The translations under genes were made by a program, and so were the position numbers. A stretch of DNA of 64,000 nt from positions 22,260,001 to 22,324,000 of the forward strand of contig NC_086097.1 of assembly GCF_963921235.1 (NCBI RefSeq). The letters run 5' to 3'. The notes below the pieces were generated by a model that was given only the letters and a program-made list of their open reading frames with translations, had not been told where the DNA came from and did not search any database. The stretch is from Mobula hypostoma (lineage: Eukaryota). Positions 62,031 to 64,000 of this stretch are shown piece after piece (position 1 is the stretch's first letter; each line of letters opens with the position of its first letter).

Positions 62031-62167
62031 AGCTTACTCAAAGATTAATCTAACCGTCTCCTCCTACATAGCCCTCCATTTCTCTGTCGTAACTTGCATC
62101 TATGGAAATGAATAGTCAATGATTTGTGCTGAGACCCTTCATCAGGACTTATTTATTGTTTAAAAAT

Positions 62168-62590
62168 GCAAACACGAGAAAATCTGCAGATGCTGGAAAC
62201 TCAAGCAACACACGCAAAACGCTGGTGGAACGCAGCAGGCCAAGCAGCATCTATAGGAAGAAATACAGTCGACGTTTTGGGTCGAGACCCTTTGTCAGGA
62301 CTAATGGAAAAAAGAGATAGTAAGAGATTTGAAAGTGGGAGGGGGAGATCTGAAATGATAGGAGAAGACAAGAGGGAGAGGGATGAAGCCAAGAGCTGGG
62401 AAGTTGTTTGGCAAAAGGGATAAGGCTGGAGAAGGGGGAGGATCATAGGACGGAAGGCCTTGGAAGAAAGAAAGGGGGAGGGGAGCACAAGAGGAAGATG
62501 GAGAACAGGCAAGGAGTTATTGTGAGAGGGAAAGAGAGAAAAAAAATAAAAATTAGGGATGGAGTAAGAAGGGGAGGGGGGCATTAACCT
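62168..62590 (-). mobile_element. Penelope-like 3' module with hammerhead at 62267-62302 (CpG-decayed core)
   Basis: Reverse complement AGTC-CTGACAA-AGGGTCTCGACCC-AAAA-C-GTC-GACT; 3' end TCCAGCATCTGCAGATTTTCTCGTGTTTG also seen at ~28652-28772. Confidence 0.85.
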
Positions 62591-63311
62591 TCTTACCCCA
62601 TCCCTAGTTTTTATTTATTTAAACAAAACAAACTGCCAGTGCAAGAACTTTCTCAGCGTTTAACATAGCAAAGAAGCATTCCCAAGTATAACATAACAAA
62701 GAAGCCATTTTAATTAGCCTACACAGTAACATAAAGGACAAAACCCCCTTACAAAGCCAACACACCATATACCTTCTCAATCTCCTTAAAAGTAAGGGGA
62801 AAGAGAGTGCTCTATCATGCAGCATATTCAAGGCTCCGATCAATAGCTTCTGAGATTCTAACAGTATAGAGACTGGACGAGACAGGACTTTGTCCATGAT
62901 TTTATTTAGCTTTATCAGAATTTGATTTCTATTTCTTTGTTACTTCAACAGACAAAAGCAATTATTGATTATCATTTCTTGTTGCTATTGATTTGAATTT
63001 TCAGGATTACTAAATTAGAGCTTTGGAGGCAGATAATTTATCAATCACTATATATCATTCAAACCTTCATTTAATTATCTGTCAAAATGTAAATAAAGTT
63101 AGTCATTAATATATATCTTCTATGTTTTATATTATTCGAGAAAAAGAACTGAAAAAGATTGAAGATGTCCACTTCAGACTGTCAGCTCCATTTTATATCC
63201 TCTGGCCAATGATCACTTTATTATGGAATTCTGAGAATTGCTGATGGAGTTTTTCTTTTTTTCATCATTATGTAAGTGTGAGATCAAATTGACTTTTGTT
63301 ATACTGACTGA

Positions 63312-63790
63312 CCCAGGAATGAAAGGGTTAACACATGAGGAATGTGTGATGGCTCTGGACCTACACTTGCCGGAGTATAGAAGAATGAGAAGGGATCTCA
63401 TTGAAGCCTATCAAATATTGAAAGACCTAAATAGAGGGAAAGTGGAGATGATGTTTCCTGTAGTGGGAGAGTCCAGGACCAGAGGGCACTGCCTCAGAAT
63501 ACAAGGATGTCCCTTTAGAACAGGGATAAGGGGGAAGCTCCAGAAGGTGGCGAATCTGGAATTTATTGTCATATTGTCAATTTATTGTGGAGGACAAGTC
63601 ACAGGGGTATTTAAAGTGGAGTTTGATATATTCTTGATGAGTAAGGGCAACAAAAGTTGCGGGGTGAAGGCAGGTGAATGGGGCTGAGAGGGATAATAAA
63701 TCATTCTTGATGAATTGGTGGAGCAGACTCAATGGGACGAATGACTCTAATTCTGCTGTTATGTCCTCTAGTCTTATGGTTTTATGACTG
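63312..63790 (+). mobile_element. CR1 LINE 3' fragment
   Basis: PGMKGLTHEE..RRMRRDLIEAYQILK..GESRTRGHCL; CTTATGGT tail. Confidence 0.85.
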
Positions 63791-64000
63791 ATAAAACTGT
63801 CTAATTTTATTGAGTGACAACACAGACTCTGAGAGAAGTGTGATGCTTTCTTTCTTCTCTTCAGTCATACCTTGTAGAAGATACCCTGACTGGTTGTGTC
63901 ATGGTCTGGTACAGCAATTCCAATGTGCAGCAGTGTAAGATGTAGCAGAGAGTAGTGGACTCTGTCCAATACATTGCAGGCACACCCCCCCCCCACTTCC

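Noticed and set aside
62619..62897. 92-aa hydrophobic ORF on the - strand
   Set aside because: No recognisable homology, promoter or splice context; expected by chance in this composition.

Overview
Eukaryotic, repeat-dominated genomic DNA; the repeat repertoire (CR1/HER1-type LINEs, V-domain tRNA SINEs, Rex1/Babar LINEs, GIY-YIG Penelope-like elements) points to a cartilaginous fish, probably a ray (inference). No host protein-coding gene could be recognised. Every long ORF is a retroelement fragment or its antisense, so the window looks like a gene desert or large intron with scattered AT-rich unique islands. Most notable: (1) about a dozen copies of a Penelope-like 3' module carrying a minimal type I hammerhead ribozyme (CAGTC-CTGAYGA-A-stemII-GAAA-CGTC-GACTG), often as fold-back pairs with one ribozyme per strand; (2) a palindromic mariner MITE built from two inverted transposase 3' tails plus internal TIR copies; (3) a templated inverted duplication with a newborn minisatellite inside a Rex1 LINE; (4) V-SINEs with swapped CR1-type versus Rex1-type tails; (5) a short internally deleted RTE element with a TSD; (6) two mutually similar homeodomain-site-rich unique motifs 4.9 kb apart. 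Element boundaries were read by eye and are approximate unless stated otherwise.
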